A DNA stretch of 40,328 nt from Candidatus Berkelbacteria bacterium (GCA_026397205.1 JAPLVH010000017.1:1-40328), one strand, 5' to 3'. Positions 7,855-18,523 are shown, counted from the first letter of the stretch. Notes: generated by a model from the letters alone, not told the origin. Translations and numbers: made by a program.

Positions 7855-8367
7855 ATGAAAATATTAGGTATTGATCCCGGGACGGCAATTTGCGGCTGGG
7901 GTTTGATCGAATCGGACGGCCATGAGCCGCGGATTTTGAAGTGCGGGGTGATCACGACCAAAGCCAAGTCCCCAGATGCTGACCGGCTGGAGATTATTTA
8001 TGACAGCGTCTGTGATATAATTAAAAAGGAAAAACCGGAGGCGGTCGCCGTTGAACAATTATTCTTTTTCAAGAACCAAAAGACAGTGATGACAGTTTCC
8101 CAGACGCGAGGCGCGATTGTTTTGGCGGTTCAAAAATCCAGAACGCCGCTTTTCGAATATACTCCACTTCAAGTTAAACAAGCGGTTGTCGGTTATGGCC
8201 GGGCGGAGAAAAATCAGGTCCAGGAAATGGTAAAAGTCATATTGCATTTGAAAGAAATTCCCAAACCGGACGATGCGGCCGATGCACTGGCGATTGCGAT
8301 CTGTTGTTCGCAATCGCAAAAAAATAAGTCAAGAGCTTTTGGTGATTATTTTACAAATATAAAATAA
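7855..8367 (+). CDS. ruvC: Holliday junction resolvase RuvC
   Basis: ILGIDPG, AVEQLFF, YTPLQVKQAVVGYGRAEK, DDAADALAIA. Confidence 0.97.
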   Translation: MKILGIDPGTAICGWGLIESDGHEPRILKCGVITTKAKSPDADRLEIIYDSVCDIIKKEKPEAVAVEQLFFFKNQKTVMTVSQTRGAIVLAVQKSRTPLFEYTPLQVKQAVVGYGRAEKNQVQEMVKVILHLKEIPKPDDAADALAIAICCSQSQKNKSRAFGDYFTNIK

Positions 8368-8372
8368 TTTTT

Positions 8373-9101
8373 ATGAATAAAAAAATTGAATTAAACAAAA
8401 AAGAAATTGAAAGTATTTACAGAAAAATCGCCGAATTCCATAAAAAATATTTAAAACAATTTGGTGTCAAGCTACCAAAACTTTATAATTCAGAAAAAAA
8501 ATTTACTAAAGATGGTCTAACATTGGTCTATTTGGCTCAAAATTACCCAAATACTTCTGAGATTAGCAAAAAAGAATTGACAAAATTTATCAGGAGTTTT
8601 TATCCGGATACAAACGATGTGCAACAAGCACGGCATCTTGGCGCCCAGGCAGGATGGTGGATTGTGGCCGGCGGCAGAGACAATATTGTTCTACGGATTA
8701 AACGTGGAAACTATCAACTTTATACTTTAGAGCAACCTTATCCAGAATTTAAAAAAGGCCATAGGAAATCCGAAACTAGCGGATGGAAAGAATTAAAAGC
8801 GAGATACAACTATCGATGTGCAACTTGTGGATCACAAGAAAATAAACCACATTTTCATTGGCCGGCAACGAAAACAGTTTTACAAAAATCACATATGGAT
8901 CCGAATAAACCTTTGATAACAGGGAATATCCTTCCCCAATGTGAAAAATGTAATCGAGCCGACCGAAACAGATGGGTTTATGACGAAAAAGGTCGAGTGG
9001 TAAAATTGGCTGACGCAAATTTTGTTAGAAATTTTGACAATGAGGTGAGAAAAAAGATTTACAAAATATTATCCGAAGAATTTAAAGAGAACGGGTCATA
9101 A
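8373..9101 (+). CDS. HNH (beta-beta-alpha-metal) endonuclease, probable type II restriction enzyme
   Basis: CATCG ... KSHMDP ... QCEKCNR zinc/HNH motifs; adjacent to a DNA methyltransferase. Confidence 0.7.
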   Translation: MNKKIELNKKEIESIYRKIAEFHKKYLKQFGVKLPKLYNSEKKFTKDGLTLVYLAQNYPNTSEISKKELTKFIRSFYPDTNDVQQARHLGAQAGWWIVAGGRDNIVLRIKRGNYQLYTLEQPYPEFKKGHRKSETSGWKELKARYNYRCATCGSQENKPHFHWPATKTVLQKSHMDPNKPLITGNILPQCEKCNRADRNRWVYDEKGRVVKLADANFVRNFDNEVRKKIYKILSEEFKENGS

Positions 9102-9112
9102 TTTCAAAAAAT

Positions 9113-10114
9113 ATGGTTAATCAAGAGTTCATCAATAAAATAGTTTGTGCTGACTCGCTAGAACTACTTTCTCAAATAGAGGATGATTCTATTGATGTCG
9201 TTTTAACTGATCCTCCATATTTTCTAGATAAGCTTGATAGTAACTGGGATTATGACAAAGTATCGAGTCAAAAAAACCAGCAGACAGTCAAATCTTTGCC
9301 AGCGGGAATGAAATTTGATCGAGAGCAGGGTAAGAAGTTTTACAGCTGGTATTCAAAAATTTCAGAAGAAATTTTCAGGATATTAAAACCAGGCGGTTTT
9401 TTCTTTTCTTTCTCGAGCCCTCGCCTCTACCACCGGATGGCTTGTGCAATTGATGACGCTGGTTTTGAAATTAGAGATGCTTTTATCTGGCTTTACACGC
9501 AGAATCAAGCCAAAGCTATGGGAATTAACCATTTTATTTCCAAAATGGACATATCAAAAGAGGAAAAGGAAAAATTAAAAGAGAGGTTTAGCGGTTGGAA
9601 GACCCCACAGATTAAAACGTGTTTCGAGCCGATAGCAATGGCACAAAAACCTACGGATTCCACTTATTTAGCAAATATGATAAAGCATAAAGTTGGGTTG
9701 TTTAATACTAAAATCAGAATTGGTGACAATATGTATCCGGCAAATGTTTTTACAATTGAAAATATTAACGAATTGATAGACAAGACGTTCCTTTTATCGA
9801 AACCGAGCAAAAATGAGAAAGGTACATACAACGATCACAAAACTGTCAAACCTCTAATGATTTGTGAATATTTAATTAAACTTTCAGCTTTTTCTGATGA
9901 CGCCGTGATACTTGATCCTTTTGTTGGAAGCGGAACGACCGCAGTTGCAGCCAAAAAATTGGGTAAAAGATATATTGGCATTGATTCAAATCAAAAATAT
10001 GTTGAAATATCACAAAAAAGGTTATTGGAAATTAGTTCCAAAAGAGAAATAATTTCTGAAGGGGAAAATAAGAAAATTGATAATTTAGAGCATTTGAATT
10101 TGGAATTTGTTTAG
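9113..10114 (+). CDS. N4/N6 DNA methyltransferase, beta class
   Basis: TDPPY precedes HKTVKP and LDPFVGSGTT (motif IV before motif I). Confidence 0.92.
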   Translation: MVNQEFINKIVCADSLELLSQIEDDSIDVVLTDPPYFLDKLDSNWDYDKVSSQKNQQTVKSLPAGMKFDREQGKKFYSWYSKISEEIFRILKPGGFFFSFSSPRLYHRMACAIDDAGFEIRDAFIWLYTQNQAKAMGINHFISKMDISKEEKEKLKERFSGWKTPQIKTCFEPIAMAQKPTDSTYLANMIKHKVGLFNTKIRIGDNMYPANVFTIENINELIDKTFLLSKPSKNEKGTYNDHKTVKPLMICEYLIKLSAFSDDAVILDPFVGSGTTAVAAKKLGKRYIGIDSNQKYVEISQKRLLEISSKREIISEGENKKIDNLEHLNLEFV

Positions 10115-10139
10115 GGTTTAGAATTTAGAACTTTGAATT
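10083..10139 (+). repeat. Degenerate TTTAGAA heptamer tract
   Basis: ATTTAGAGCATTTGAATTTGGAATTTGTTTAGGGTTTAGAATTTAGAACTTTGAATT; overlaps the MTase 3' end and abuts the galT start. Confidence 0.6.
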
Positions 10140-11171
10140 ATGAGTTTATCAGAAATCAACAAAAAAATGATCGCCGCTGGTGGATTTATCCCGCCGGTTT
10201 TGCGCCAGAATATTATCACCGGTGACTGGATTGTCATCGCTCCCGGCCGGGCCAGGCGACCGGATGATTTTATTCACCCGAAAATTTTGCCCGACAAGCC
10301 AATGTCCGAGTGTCCGTTTTGCGTTGGATCGCCCGGTTATAAATCAAACGACAAAATTCATATTGACAATGGCTTGGTTTATGTCATCGAAAACAAATTT
10401 CCGGCTTTTTATGACACTGATAAAAATTCTCGCAGCTATTATCCGGAGGAAGGTTTTTATCGCGAACGGCCGAGTGTCGGCGATCACGAGGTTGTCATCA
10501 TCAAAGACCACAAACAGTCGCTAACAAAATTCTCAAAGTCATTGACTTCTTCAATGTTTTTGGCTATATTGGAGCGGTATGAGAAAATTAAGCGCCATTC
10601 GGAGATTGCCTCGATTACGCCGATTTATAACCACGGTCCGGAGGCCGGCGCCTCGATCGAACATCCGCATGCCCAGATTTTCGCCTCCGGTATTGTCGCC
10701 AACACCGTCAACCGCGAGATGGACGGCGCCGAGAGATATTTCGGTATCAACGGCGTTTGTGTTTACTGCGACATCATCGAACATGAGCTTAAGGAAAAGT
10801 CGCGAGTGATTTACAAAAATGAAAATTTTCTCGCCTTCGCCCCGTTTGCATCGCGGTTTCCATTTGAAAGCTGGATAATCCCCCGCCGACACCAGAGTCA
10901 ATTTGAAAATTCATCAGCGGCGGAAATCAACGACTTGGCCGACGCAACGGTCGAAGTTTTATCCTCGCTGGAAAAACTGATTCCCGGCTTGTCATTAAAT
11001 ATGTATATCCGAACTTTGCCAACGACGATGGAGGATTGCGAATACTTCCACTGGTATTTGGAAATCGCACCGCGTCTGACTTTGTTCGGTGGTTTCGAGC
11101 TTGGGAGCGGCGTCATCATCAACATCATTCCGCCGGAAAAGTCGGCCGAGTTTTTAAGAAACAATAAATAA
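10140..11171 (+). CDS. galT: Galactose-1-phosphate uridylyltransferase family (GalT-like)
   Basis: LRQNIITGDWIVIAPGRARRP, CPFC, ENKFPA, GASIEHPHAQ, APFASRFPFE, GFELGSG. Confidence 0.9.
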   Translation: MSLSEINKKMIAAGGFIPPVLRQNIITGDWIVIAPGRARRPDDFIHPKILPDKPMSECPFCVGSPGYKSNDKIHIDNGLVYVIENKFPAFYDTDKNSRSYYPEEGFYRERPSVGDHEVVIIKDHKQSLTKFSKSLTSSMFLAILERYEKIKRHSEIASITPIYNHGPEAGASIEHPHAQIFASGIVANTVNREMDGAERYFGINGVCVYCDIIEHELKEKSRVIYKNENFLAFAPFASRFPFESWIIPRRHQSQFENSSAAEINDLADATVEVLSSLEKLIPGLSLNMYIRTLPTTMEDCEYFHWYLEIAPRLTLFGGFELGSGVIINIIPPEKSAEFLRNNK

Positions 11172-11184
11172 ATGAAAGGTAAAA

Positions 11185-12324
11185 ATGAAAATTGGATTGA
11201 TATGTAACCCGTGGCTAGGTGGAGCGGGTGCTGTCCCGACTGAATTGGGCAAGGTTTTGGCAAAACGAGGCCATAAAGTGCATTTTTTTGCCTTTGACAT
11301 ACCTTTTCGATTAATCGGTCCGTGGCGGCAAAATATTTTTTTTCACAAAATTGAATCGATGGAGTATCCGGCATTTAATAATTCGCCCGATACTTTAACA
11401 GCTGCCAGCCTTATTACTGAGGTGGTTTTACGAGAAAAAATCGAGATTCTAAATGCTCACTTCGCCGGTGTAAATTCTGAGATAATTTTTTTAGCCAAAG
11501 AAATGTTGCGAGAAAATGGTTATAACATTAAAACGCTTAATACTCTTCATGGCAGCGATATTTCGATTCTTGGGTTGGACACTACAATTAAAGAAGCTAT
11601 GACTTTTCTGTTAAAAAAATCTGATGATGTTATGACTGTTTCCCATGCTTTGTCCGAAGATGCAAAAATAATTTATAATCTAAAAAAGGTGGATGTTATC
11701 CATAATTTTGTTGACACAAATGAATACAAACCAAAAACAGATAAAACCGATGACCTTAGAAAAATATTTGCCAAGCCTGGAGAAAAAATAATTTTTCATA
11801 GTTCTAATTTCCGAAGTATTAAACGCATCAGCGACGTAATTGGCATTTTTCGCTTGGTGAACAAAAAAATTCCATGTAAGTTGCTATTGGTTGGCGAGGG
11901 TCCTGACCAACAGCTTGCAAGCAAATTGGCTGCAAAATATAAAATTATTGACAGGATTCACTTTTTAGGTTTTCAAAGTGATATGGCTAAATTATTGCCT
12001 GTTGGTGACGTTTTCCTTTTACCGTCAGAGAAAGAAAACTTTAGCTTATCAGCACTCGAGGCGATGGCTTGCGGTCTCCCTGTCATTTCTTCCGATGTTG
12101 GCGGAATGAAAGAGATGATTGACCATAAAATTAATGGTTACCTCGCTCCCGTTGGAGATGTCGAAATTATGAGTAATTATGCCATTGATTTGCTTAATGA
12201 CGATGCAAAACTTATAAATTTTTCCAAGCTTGCTAGAAATAAAGTGGTAAAATTTTTTGGACCAGAAAAAATCGTCCCACGATATGAGAATCTTTATAAA
12301 AAAATAATTAAGCTGAAATCTTAA
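11185..12324 (+). CDS. GT4 glycosyltransferase, BshA-like (GlcNAc-malate synthase family)
   Basis: MKIGLICNP..GG, TELGKVLAKRGH, TLHGSDI, FHSSNFRSIKR, LPSEKENFSLSALEAMACG closely follow BshA motifs. Confidence 0.8.
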   Translation: MKIGLICNPWLGGAGAVPTELGKVLAKRGHKVHFFAFDIPFRLIGPWRQNIFFHKIESMEYPAFNNSPDTLTAASLITEVVLREKIEILNAHFAGVNSEIIFLAKEMLRENGYNIKTLNTLHGSDISILGLDTTIKEAMTFLLKKSDDVMTVSHALSEDAKIIYNLKKVDVIHNFVDTNEYKPKTDKTDDLRKIFAKPGEKIIFHSSNFRSIKRISDVIGIFRLVNKKIPCKLLLVGEGPDQQLASKLAAKYKIIDRIHFLGFQSDMAKLLPVGDVFLLPSEKENFSLSALEAMACGLPVISSDVGGMKEMIDHKINGYLAPVGDVEIMSNYAIDLLNDDAKLINFSKLARNKVVKFFGPEKIVPRYENLYKKIIKLKS

Positions 12325-13102
12325 ACCAGAGTTCTAATTTCGCTGGTTGGGAAAAAAATTCATAGGTTTTTTTCTTGGCGAGTTTTTTTACTATTTCAAG
12401 ATTTGCCCCGGTACTTCCGTGTTTCTTCCAAACTCTTTCAATATAACTTTGGTGGACATCTTGACTTTGCCCGCGAATGCTTTTTGAATGCATTGTGACT
12501 AAAACTGTTGATCTTTTGTCGAACCCAAACTTAAAATTTTTATCAGAGAATTGCAACCAAAGATCGTAATCCTCGCCAATTTTTTGTTTTGGATCATAAC
12601 CGGCAACTTCAAAATAGCACTTTCTCTTGTAGGAGGACGAAGCGTTAGGGATATAATTTATATTGTAAAGCAGTTCTTTGACATAGGGTTGAAAAAAGCG
12701 GGTTTTTTTCTCACCGCTGTTGAGATAATGTATGTCCAAGTTAGTATAAAATATATCGCTGTCTGGATTGGCGATGAAATGACTATTAATAATTTTCAGG
12801 CGGTTTTCGTAGGCAAAATCATCAGAATCGGCGATGACAATGATTTCGCCACTGGCTTTCTTGTTACCGAAATCTCTAGCAACCGCAACACCGGAATTTT
12901 TTTTCAGCTGGAAACATTTTATTCGATTGTCAATTTTAGAAAAATTTTGACAAATTTGAAAACTATTGTCTGTGCTTTTGTCATCAACTAAAATCATTTC
13001 AAAATCGGAAAAACTTTGATTTTGATATGATTCAATTACTTTGGGCAAAAACCCTTCTCGATTGTAGATTGGCATAACAACTGACAATAGAATCTTTTTC
13101 AT
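12308..13102 (-). CDS. GT2 glycosyltransferase
   Basis: SVVMPIYN, LVDDKSTD, ADSDD, EDYDLWL. Confidence 0.92.
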   Translation of the reverse strand: MKKILLSVVMPIYNREGFLPKVIESYQNQSFSDFEMILVDDKSTDNSFQICQNFSKIDNRIKCFQLKKNSGVAVARDFGNKKASGEIIVIADSDDFAYENRLKIINSHFIANPDSDIFYTNLDIHYLNSGEKKTRFFQPYVKELLYNINYIPNASSSYKRKCYFEVAGYDPKQKIGEDYDLWLQFSDKNFKFGFDKRSTVLVTMHSKSIRGQSQDVHQSYIERVWKKHGSTGANLEIVKKLAKKKTYEFFSQPAKLELWFKISA

Positions 13103-13185
13103 TTTATTTCCTTTGTGCTAATGTTTTTGTTATAATCTGGTTAACCAACCAATTATAACACTTTTTGAACAAAATGGAGAGAAAA

Positions 13186-13938
13186 ATGACACCAAAAATT
13201 AGCTACATTGTTGCGACTCAAAATCGCGGCGACTTGATCGGCGATACGATTAAATCTTTAATCAACCAAGATGAACCGGCTTGGGAAGCAATTATTGTTG
13301 ATGATCACGGAGCTGACAACACAGAGGAAGTCGTAAAAAATTTTAATGATCAACGTTTAATATATATCAAACTTTCCGATTCTCACGGTCGCGGTGCGAG
13401 TTGCGCAAGGAATTTAGCGGCTATTTGGGCCAAAGCTCCAATCGTTGCGATTACCGATTCAGACGATCTACTTTATGCGAATCGAACTTTGGAAACACTC
13501 AAAGCTTTTGCTGAAAATCCAGAAATCGATATTTTCTACTCTGATTTTGATATATGGGAAGAAAAAACTGGGATTATTCGTTCTAGAAAAACTCCGATTG
13601 GTGAATACTCATTGGAAAAAATTAAACAAGGTCATTTTATTCCGCATATAACTTTGGCTTTGAAAAGGCAAATTTTGCTTGATAATCCTTACAATCAATT
13701 TTACAAAATTGCGGAGGATTACGAACTTTTGACTCGTTTGGCGCTTCAAGACAAAAATTTTTATTTTTGTCCGGAAAAATTGATGAAATATCGAATAAGC
13801 GATACAAATATGTCTATTGGGGCCGAGAAAAAAGAGCTGGTTGATCTCTATGGAAAGTTGGTCAGGATGATTCGCGGCTTTATTCCCTGCGAAGAAAATA
13901 CTTTGGAAAAAATCGAACAACTCGAAAGGAGAAAATGA
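13186..13938 (+). CDS. GT2 glycosyltransferase
   Basis: SYIVATQNR, IVDDHGAD, TDSDD, EDYELL; ATG 13186 follows GGAGAG. Confidence 0.9.
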   Translation: MTPKISYIVATQNRGDLIGDTIKSLINQDEPAWEAIIVDDHGADNTEEVVKNFNDQRLIYIKLSDSHGRGASCARNLAAIWAKAPIVAITDSDDLLYANRTLETLKAFAENPEIDIFYSDFDIWEEKTGIIRSRKTPIGEYSLEKIKQGHFIPHITLALKRQILLDNPYNQFYKIAEDYELLTRLALQDKNFYFCPEKLMKYRISDTNMSIGAEKKELVDLYGKLVRMIRGFIPCEENTLEKIEQLERRK

Positions 13939-14981
13939 AAATTGCAATCGTCGGCGCGATCGATTCAGCAATAAAAAAAGATGCGCTTGGGGGAACGGAA
14001 ATTTGGAGTTACAGCTTTTCTAATGAACTCACTAAACGTGGACATGAAGTTACAATTTTTGCCAACCCAGAAAGTAAAATCGAACAAAAACTTTTATCAA
14101 TCACTGGTGCTGATAAAATAAAAGATCCTACAACCGGAGAAATTTCCAAATCGCTTTTTGCTTATTTTTCAATTAAAGAAATGGCTGAAGTGATTAAAAA
14201 TCAGGATCAATTTGATTTGATTCATTTTAGTGTTTACTCGATTCAGTATTATTTGCCACTTTTCGAGTTGATCAAGAAACCGATCATTGTGACGATCCAC
14301 GGCCAGTCATTAAACAAATCCGATGCCGAAATAATTTTGCCGCAACATAAAAATGTCGGCTTCGCAATTATTTCAAAAAGCTTTTTGGAAAATTGGCCGA
14401 AACCAGTCAGTTTTCAAGTTATTTACAATGGAATTAATATTTCCGATTTTCCTTTTTCTACTGCGGCCGACAATTATTTTTTCTGGATGAGTCGGATTTC
14501 GCCGGAAAAAGGTGTCGAAGACGCGATTAAGTTCGCCGAAAAAACCGGTGAAAAGTTAATTATTGCTGGGCCGATCAGGAATCAAAAATACTTTGATGCG
14601 GAAATAAAACCAAAATTAAATTCCAAAATCAAATTCGTTGGTAGTTTGGGTTTAAAAGAAAAAGTTGCCTATTATCAAAAAGCCAAGGCGTTTTTTATGC
14701 CGATAAAATGGCAGGAACCATTTGGTCTGGTAACGGCCGAAGCGATGGCTTGTGGCACTCCGGTGATTGCTTACAATCGTGGCGCAATGGCGGAAATTAT
14801 CAGCGACAAAATTGATGGTTTTGTCATTGAACCCGATGACATTGATGGTTTGATTTCTGCGGCAAAAAATCTTGGAAAAATTGACCGGAAAAAATGTCGA
14901 GAAAAAGTTGAGAGAAATTTTACGATCGAAAAAATGACCGATCAATATCTTGAATTTTACAAAAAAGTTTTAAACATATAG
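13935..14981 (+). CDS. GT4 glycosyltransferase
   Basis: GGTE, SRISPEKG, EPFGLVTAEAMACGTPVI. Confidence 0.92.
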   Translation: MKIAIVGAIDSAIKKDALGGTEIWSYSFSNELTKRGHEVTIFANPESKIEQKLLSITGADKIKDPTTGEISKSLFAYFSIKEMAEVIKNQDQFDLIHFSVYSIQYYLPLFELIKKPIIVTIHGQSLNKSDAEIILPQHKNVGFAIISKSFLENWPKPVSFQVIYNGINISDFPFSTAADNYFFWMSRISPEKGVEDAIKFAEKTGEKLIIAGPIRNQKYFDAEIKPKLNSKIKFVGSLGLKEKVAYYQKAKAFFMPIKWQEPFGLVTAEAMACGTPVIAYNRGAMAEIISDKIDGFVIEPDDIDGLISAAKNLGKIDRKKCREKVERNFTIEKMTDQYLEFYKKVLNI

Positions 14982-14996
14982 TTTTTTGGAGAAATT

Positions 14997-16103
14997 ATGG
15001 AACAGAAAAAATTACGAATCGCTCAACTTGGCAGTATTTGGGAAACAACGCCGCCGCCACTTTACGGCGGGACAGAAAGAGTCGTTTCAAATTTAACCGA
15101 GGGTTTGGTTAACCGTGGTCACAAAGTTACTTTATTTGCCACCGGTGATTCGAAAACTCGCGCCCGTTTAATTTCTATTACACCGGAAGCACTTTATCGC
15201 CGAGGAATTTCATGGGGAAACGCACTTTACCCTTTGATGCACATCTACAACGCATTTGAAATGGAATCGGAGTTTGATTTGATTCACATTCACCTAAACA
15301 TGCCAACTGATTTTATTGCCCTAGCTTTTGCTGAACTGATAAAAATTCCGACAGTTATTACGATGCATTTTCGCTTGCCGGATGAAAATGAAAAGGAAAG
15401 CGATCGCTACATGGCGATGAAAAAATTTTCCGACTTGAATTATGTTTCAATCAGCAACGATCAGCGAACAAATAAAAATCTCCATTATTCGGCAACGGTT
15501 TATAACGGAATCGATTTTAACATTTATAAATTTTCCCAAACTGGTGGTAAAGAACTCGGCTGGATCGGTCGATTTTCACCGGACAAAGGTGCAAAACAAG
15601 CGGTTAAAGTTGCCGAACAAGTGGAAAAAAAAATAATTTTAGCCGGTAAGTTGGATGCAAATGACAAAAATGATCAAAAATATTTTCAAGAAGAAATCAA
15701 GCCGAAATTAAAAAACCATAACCACTGTGAATATATCGGCGAGGTTAATGACAAACAAAAATCTGTTTTTTTTGGTCAACTTCGCTGTCTTTTAAACCCG
15801 ACAAGCTGGAGAGAACCATTTGGTTTGGTTGTCGTTGAAGCTAACGCATGCGGGACACCGGTAATCGCTTTTGATAACGGAGCGATGCGAGAGCTAATCA
15901 AAGATGGTGTAAATGGCTTTGTAATTCCGGCCGGCGATGTTGCGGCAATGGCAAAACGAGCAAAAGAAATTTATGAAATGTCCGATGACGATTATTCAAA
16001 ATTTCGAAAGAGTTCCCGTGATTTTGCTGAAAAAAATTTCTCAGTCGAAAAAATGGTCGAGAGTTACGAAAAACTTTATAATAAAATTTTAAAAAATGAT
16101 TGA
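14997..16103 (+). CDS. GT4 glycosyltransferase
   Basis: PPPLYGGTERVV, GRFSPDKG, EPFGLVVVEANACGTPVI; paralog of the preceding gene. Confidence 0.92.
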   Translation: MEQKKLRIAQLGSIWETTPPPLYGGTERVVSNLTEGLVNRGHKVTLFATGDSKTRARLISITPEALYRRGISWGNALYPLMHIYNAFEMESEFDLIHIHLNMPTDFIALAFAELIKIPTVITMHFRLPDENEKESDRYMAMKKFSDLNYVSISNDQRTNKNLHYSATVYNGIDFNIYKFSQTGGKELGWIGRFSPDKGAKQAVKVAEQVEKKIILAGKLDANDKNDQKYFQEEIKPKLKNHNHCEYIGEVNDKQKSVFFGQLRCLLNPTSWREPFGLVVVEANACGTPVIAFDNGAMRELIKDGVNGFVIPAGDVAAMAKRAKEIYEMSDDDYSKFRKSSRDFAEKNFSVEKMVESYEKLYNKILKND

Positions 16104-17058
16104 TTATCAAAAAGAATCGGAAAATCTGATTAAAAAATTAGATTTTATTCGGGAAAAGGATTTTCGCTCGGCGCCAAAATTTGGCTACTTTATTATCAAA
16201 GGCAGAATTGGAAATGAAGACGTTGTTCTAAGAATTTCTCCTCAATTTGACGGAGAAAAAAAGGAAAAAATATTCCGAGAAAAATTGGCAAGCGATATTC
16301 TTGGCGATCAATTGGTAGCGAAAATTTTGGATTCCGGCGAAAATCAAACTTTTATTTGGTCAATCAGAAAATACTATTCAGAGAAAACCTTGTCTGTCGA
16401 TTCGACTTCTGAAGAGTTGTTTCACAATAACGACATAATCAAAAATGAATTTTTGCCTGAATCAGAAAAAATTATTTCAGAATTGGCCCGAAAATTGAAA
16501 ATAATTCAGGAATCAGATTGGCCGAGAAATTTTGATGGAAGATTGAAGTCGAAAAAATTTCCAACTTCACTTGATGAAATCGATCGAAGTTTAATCGAAA
16601 AATCGACATCGGTGAATTCTCAAAAGCTCGGGAAATTCTTTTTGGAAAAAGAAAAAATTTATTTCAATAAAAAAGATCTCGTTCCCTGTCTCGGTGACAT
16701 GTCGTTGGCAAATATTTTGATAAAAACAGACGAAGTTCTATTTTACGATCTGGAATATTTTTGCATCGACCAAAATTCGATTGACATCGCTTATCTCTGG
16801 AATTATTTATGGCGATATCCGAAATGGCAGGAAAAATTACTTGACTTGATGATTTCTGACGAAAACAGCAAGATTAAATTTCGTTTCAGCCTAATTCGAG
16901 TCATTTTAGGAATTTATAATGAAGGATTGTTGGCATACCAAAGAAATTCAAACGAGGTGATTTTAGAAGAAAAAATCAATCTTTACAAAAATCATATTTC
17001 CGGCAGATATATTGCCGCCGCGGTTGAGTCGTTTGAGGCGCTGACGGAAGTCAAATAA
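16096..17058 (+). CDS. Aminoglycoside phosphotransferase/choline-kinase-like protein
   Basis: CLGDMSLANILI (Brenner-like HGDxxxxN) and FYDLE, DIAYL. Confidence 0.65.
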   Translation: MIDYQKESENLIKKLDFIREKDFRSAPKFGYFIIKGRIGNEDVVLRISPQFDGEKKEKIFREKLASDILGDQLVAKILDSGENQTFIWSIRKYYSEKTLSVDSTSEELFHNNDIIKNEFLPESEKIISELARKLKIIQESDWPRNFDGRLKSKKFPTSLDEIDRSLIEKSTSVNSQKLGKFFLEKEKIYFNKKDLVPCLGDMSLANILIKTDEVLFYDLEYFCIDQNSIDIAYLWNYLWRYPKWQEKLLDLMISDENSKIKFRFSLIRVILGIYNEGLLAYQRNSNEVILEEKINLYKNHISGRYIAAAVESFEALTEVK

Positions 17059-17089
17059 ACAAAATCAAAGAATAATTTTAGAGGACAAA

Positions 17090-18460
17090 ATGATCAACGA
17101 AAGTATTTTCAAAACCTACGATGTTCGGGGAATTTATCCGGAGGAAATTAACTCGGAAGCGGTGGAAAAAATTGCCGCGGCGCAGGTTCAATATCTGGGT
17201 GCGAAAAAAATTGTTTTAGGTCATGATTCGAGAAATTCCTCGCCGGAATTATACGAAGCGGCGAAAAGGGTTTTTCTTTCACTTGGCGTTGAAGTTTTTG
17301 ATCTTGATTTAGTTCCAATTGAAGTTCATTATTTCGCTTGCGGAAATTTGAAAGCCGATGGTGGATTTTATGTTTCAGCATCTCATAATCCACGAGAATA
17401 CAATGGCATCAAACTGATTCGTGAAGACGCCAAGCCGCTGACTTCCGGCTCCGGTTTGGAGGAAGTCAAAGAAATTGCTTTGAAGATGTCAAAAATTTCA
17501 CCGACAGGAACTTCCGGATCGTCAACAAAAGTTGATGCCTGGCCAGAATATTTAGAAAAAGTATATACTATAATCGGTGGTGAAAAAATCAAACCGATAA
17601 AAATAATTTGTGATGCTTCAAGCGGTGTTGCCGGTTTAGCGCTGGAGAAAATCGCCGAAAAGTTGCCGATAGAAATCGTTAAATTAAATTTTGTGCCCGA
17701 CGGTGATTTTCCAAATCATTTACCAAATCCACTAATTGCAAATTATCGCCAGCAGTTAGTCGAAGAATGTCAAAAACATAACGATATTTCGCTGGCGGCG
17801 ATTTTTGATGGCGACGGCGATCGCGTCGCTTTTCTTGACGAAACCGGTGAGTTTATTGATACCGATTTTTCCAGCGCGCTAGTGACAAAAATTTTACTTG
17901 ATCAAAATGCTGGTGATCCGATTGTTTTTGATTTGCGCCGCGGCTGGGCAATCAAAGACCAGGCGGAAATTTTGGGCTCAAAATTTTATCCGGCAAAGTC
18001 CGGCTATCCGTTCATAAAGCAAAAAATGCGCGAAGTCGGTGCGGTTTTTGGTGGCGAAGCGTCGGCGCACTATTTTTATCGCGATTTTTTCTACTCGGAC
18101 TCGGGAATTATCACTTTGCTTTTGATCGTTAGATTCTTGTCGGAAAATAATTTGAAAATGTCAGAAGCGACTCGAGAATATCGGGCTGGTTATTTTATGT
18201 TTGAGGAGACAAATTTCAAAGTTAAAAATTCGGAAAAAGTCGTCGAAAAATTAAAAGCTGATTTTTCCGATGGCAAAATTAATTTACTTGACGGACTTTC
18301 AATTGATTATTCCGACTGGCATTTTAATTTGCGCTCGTCAAACACCCAGCCGCTAATTCGCTTAAATGTCGAAGGCAAAAATCAGGAAAAAATTGAAACA
18401 ATGCGCGATAAAATAATCAAAATTATTGAAAGTTTTGGTGGCATTGAAGTTGAAGAATAA
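17090..18460 (+). CDS. manB: Phosphomannomutase/phosphoglucomutase
   Basis: FKTYDVRGIY, SASHNP, FDGDGDR, GGEASAH, RSSNTQP. Confidence 0.93.
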   Translation: MINESIFKTYDVRGIYPEEINSEAVEKIAAAQVQYLGAKKIVLGHDSRNSSPELYEAAKRVFLSLGVEVFDLDLVPIEVHYFACGNLKADGGFYVSASHNPREYNGIKLIREDAKPLTSGSGLEEVKEIALKMSKISPTGTSGSSTKVDAWPEYLEKVYTIIGGEKIKPIKIICDASSGVAGLALEKIAEKLPIEIVKLNFVPDGDFPNHLPNPLIANYRQQLVEECQKHNDISLAAIFDGDGDRVAFLDETGEFIDTDFSSALVTKILLDQNAGDPIVFDLRRGWAIKDQAEILGSKFYPAKSGYPFIKQKMREVGAVFGGEASAHYFYRDFFYSDSGIITLLLIVRFLSENNLKMSEATREYRAGYFMFEETNFKVKNSEKVVEKLKADFSDGKINLLDGLSIDYSDWHFNLRSSNTQPLIRLNVEGKNQEKIETMRDKIIKIIESFGGIEVEE

Positions 18461-18523
18461 TTTATTACAAACCGAGCGATTCGTTCTGGCTTAGGAAAAA
18501 AGTATGATAAAGTATGAGGAAGT

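Noticed and set aside
11185-12324. Complete bacillithiol pathway
   Set aside because: Only a BshA-like GT4 is present, with no bshB/bshC in the window, so the gene symbol was withheld.
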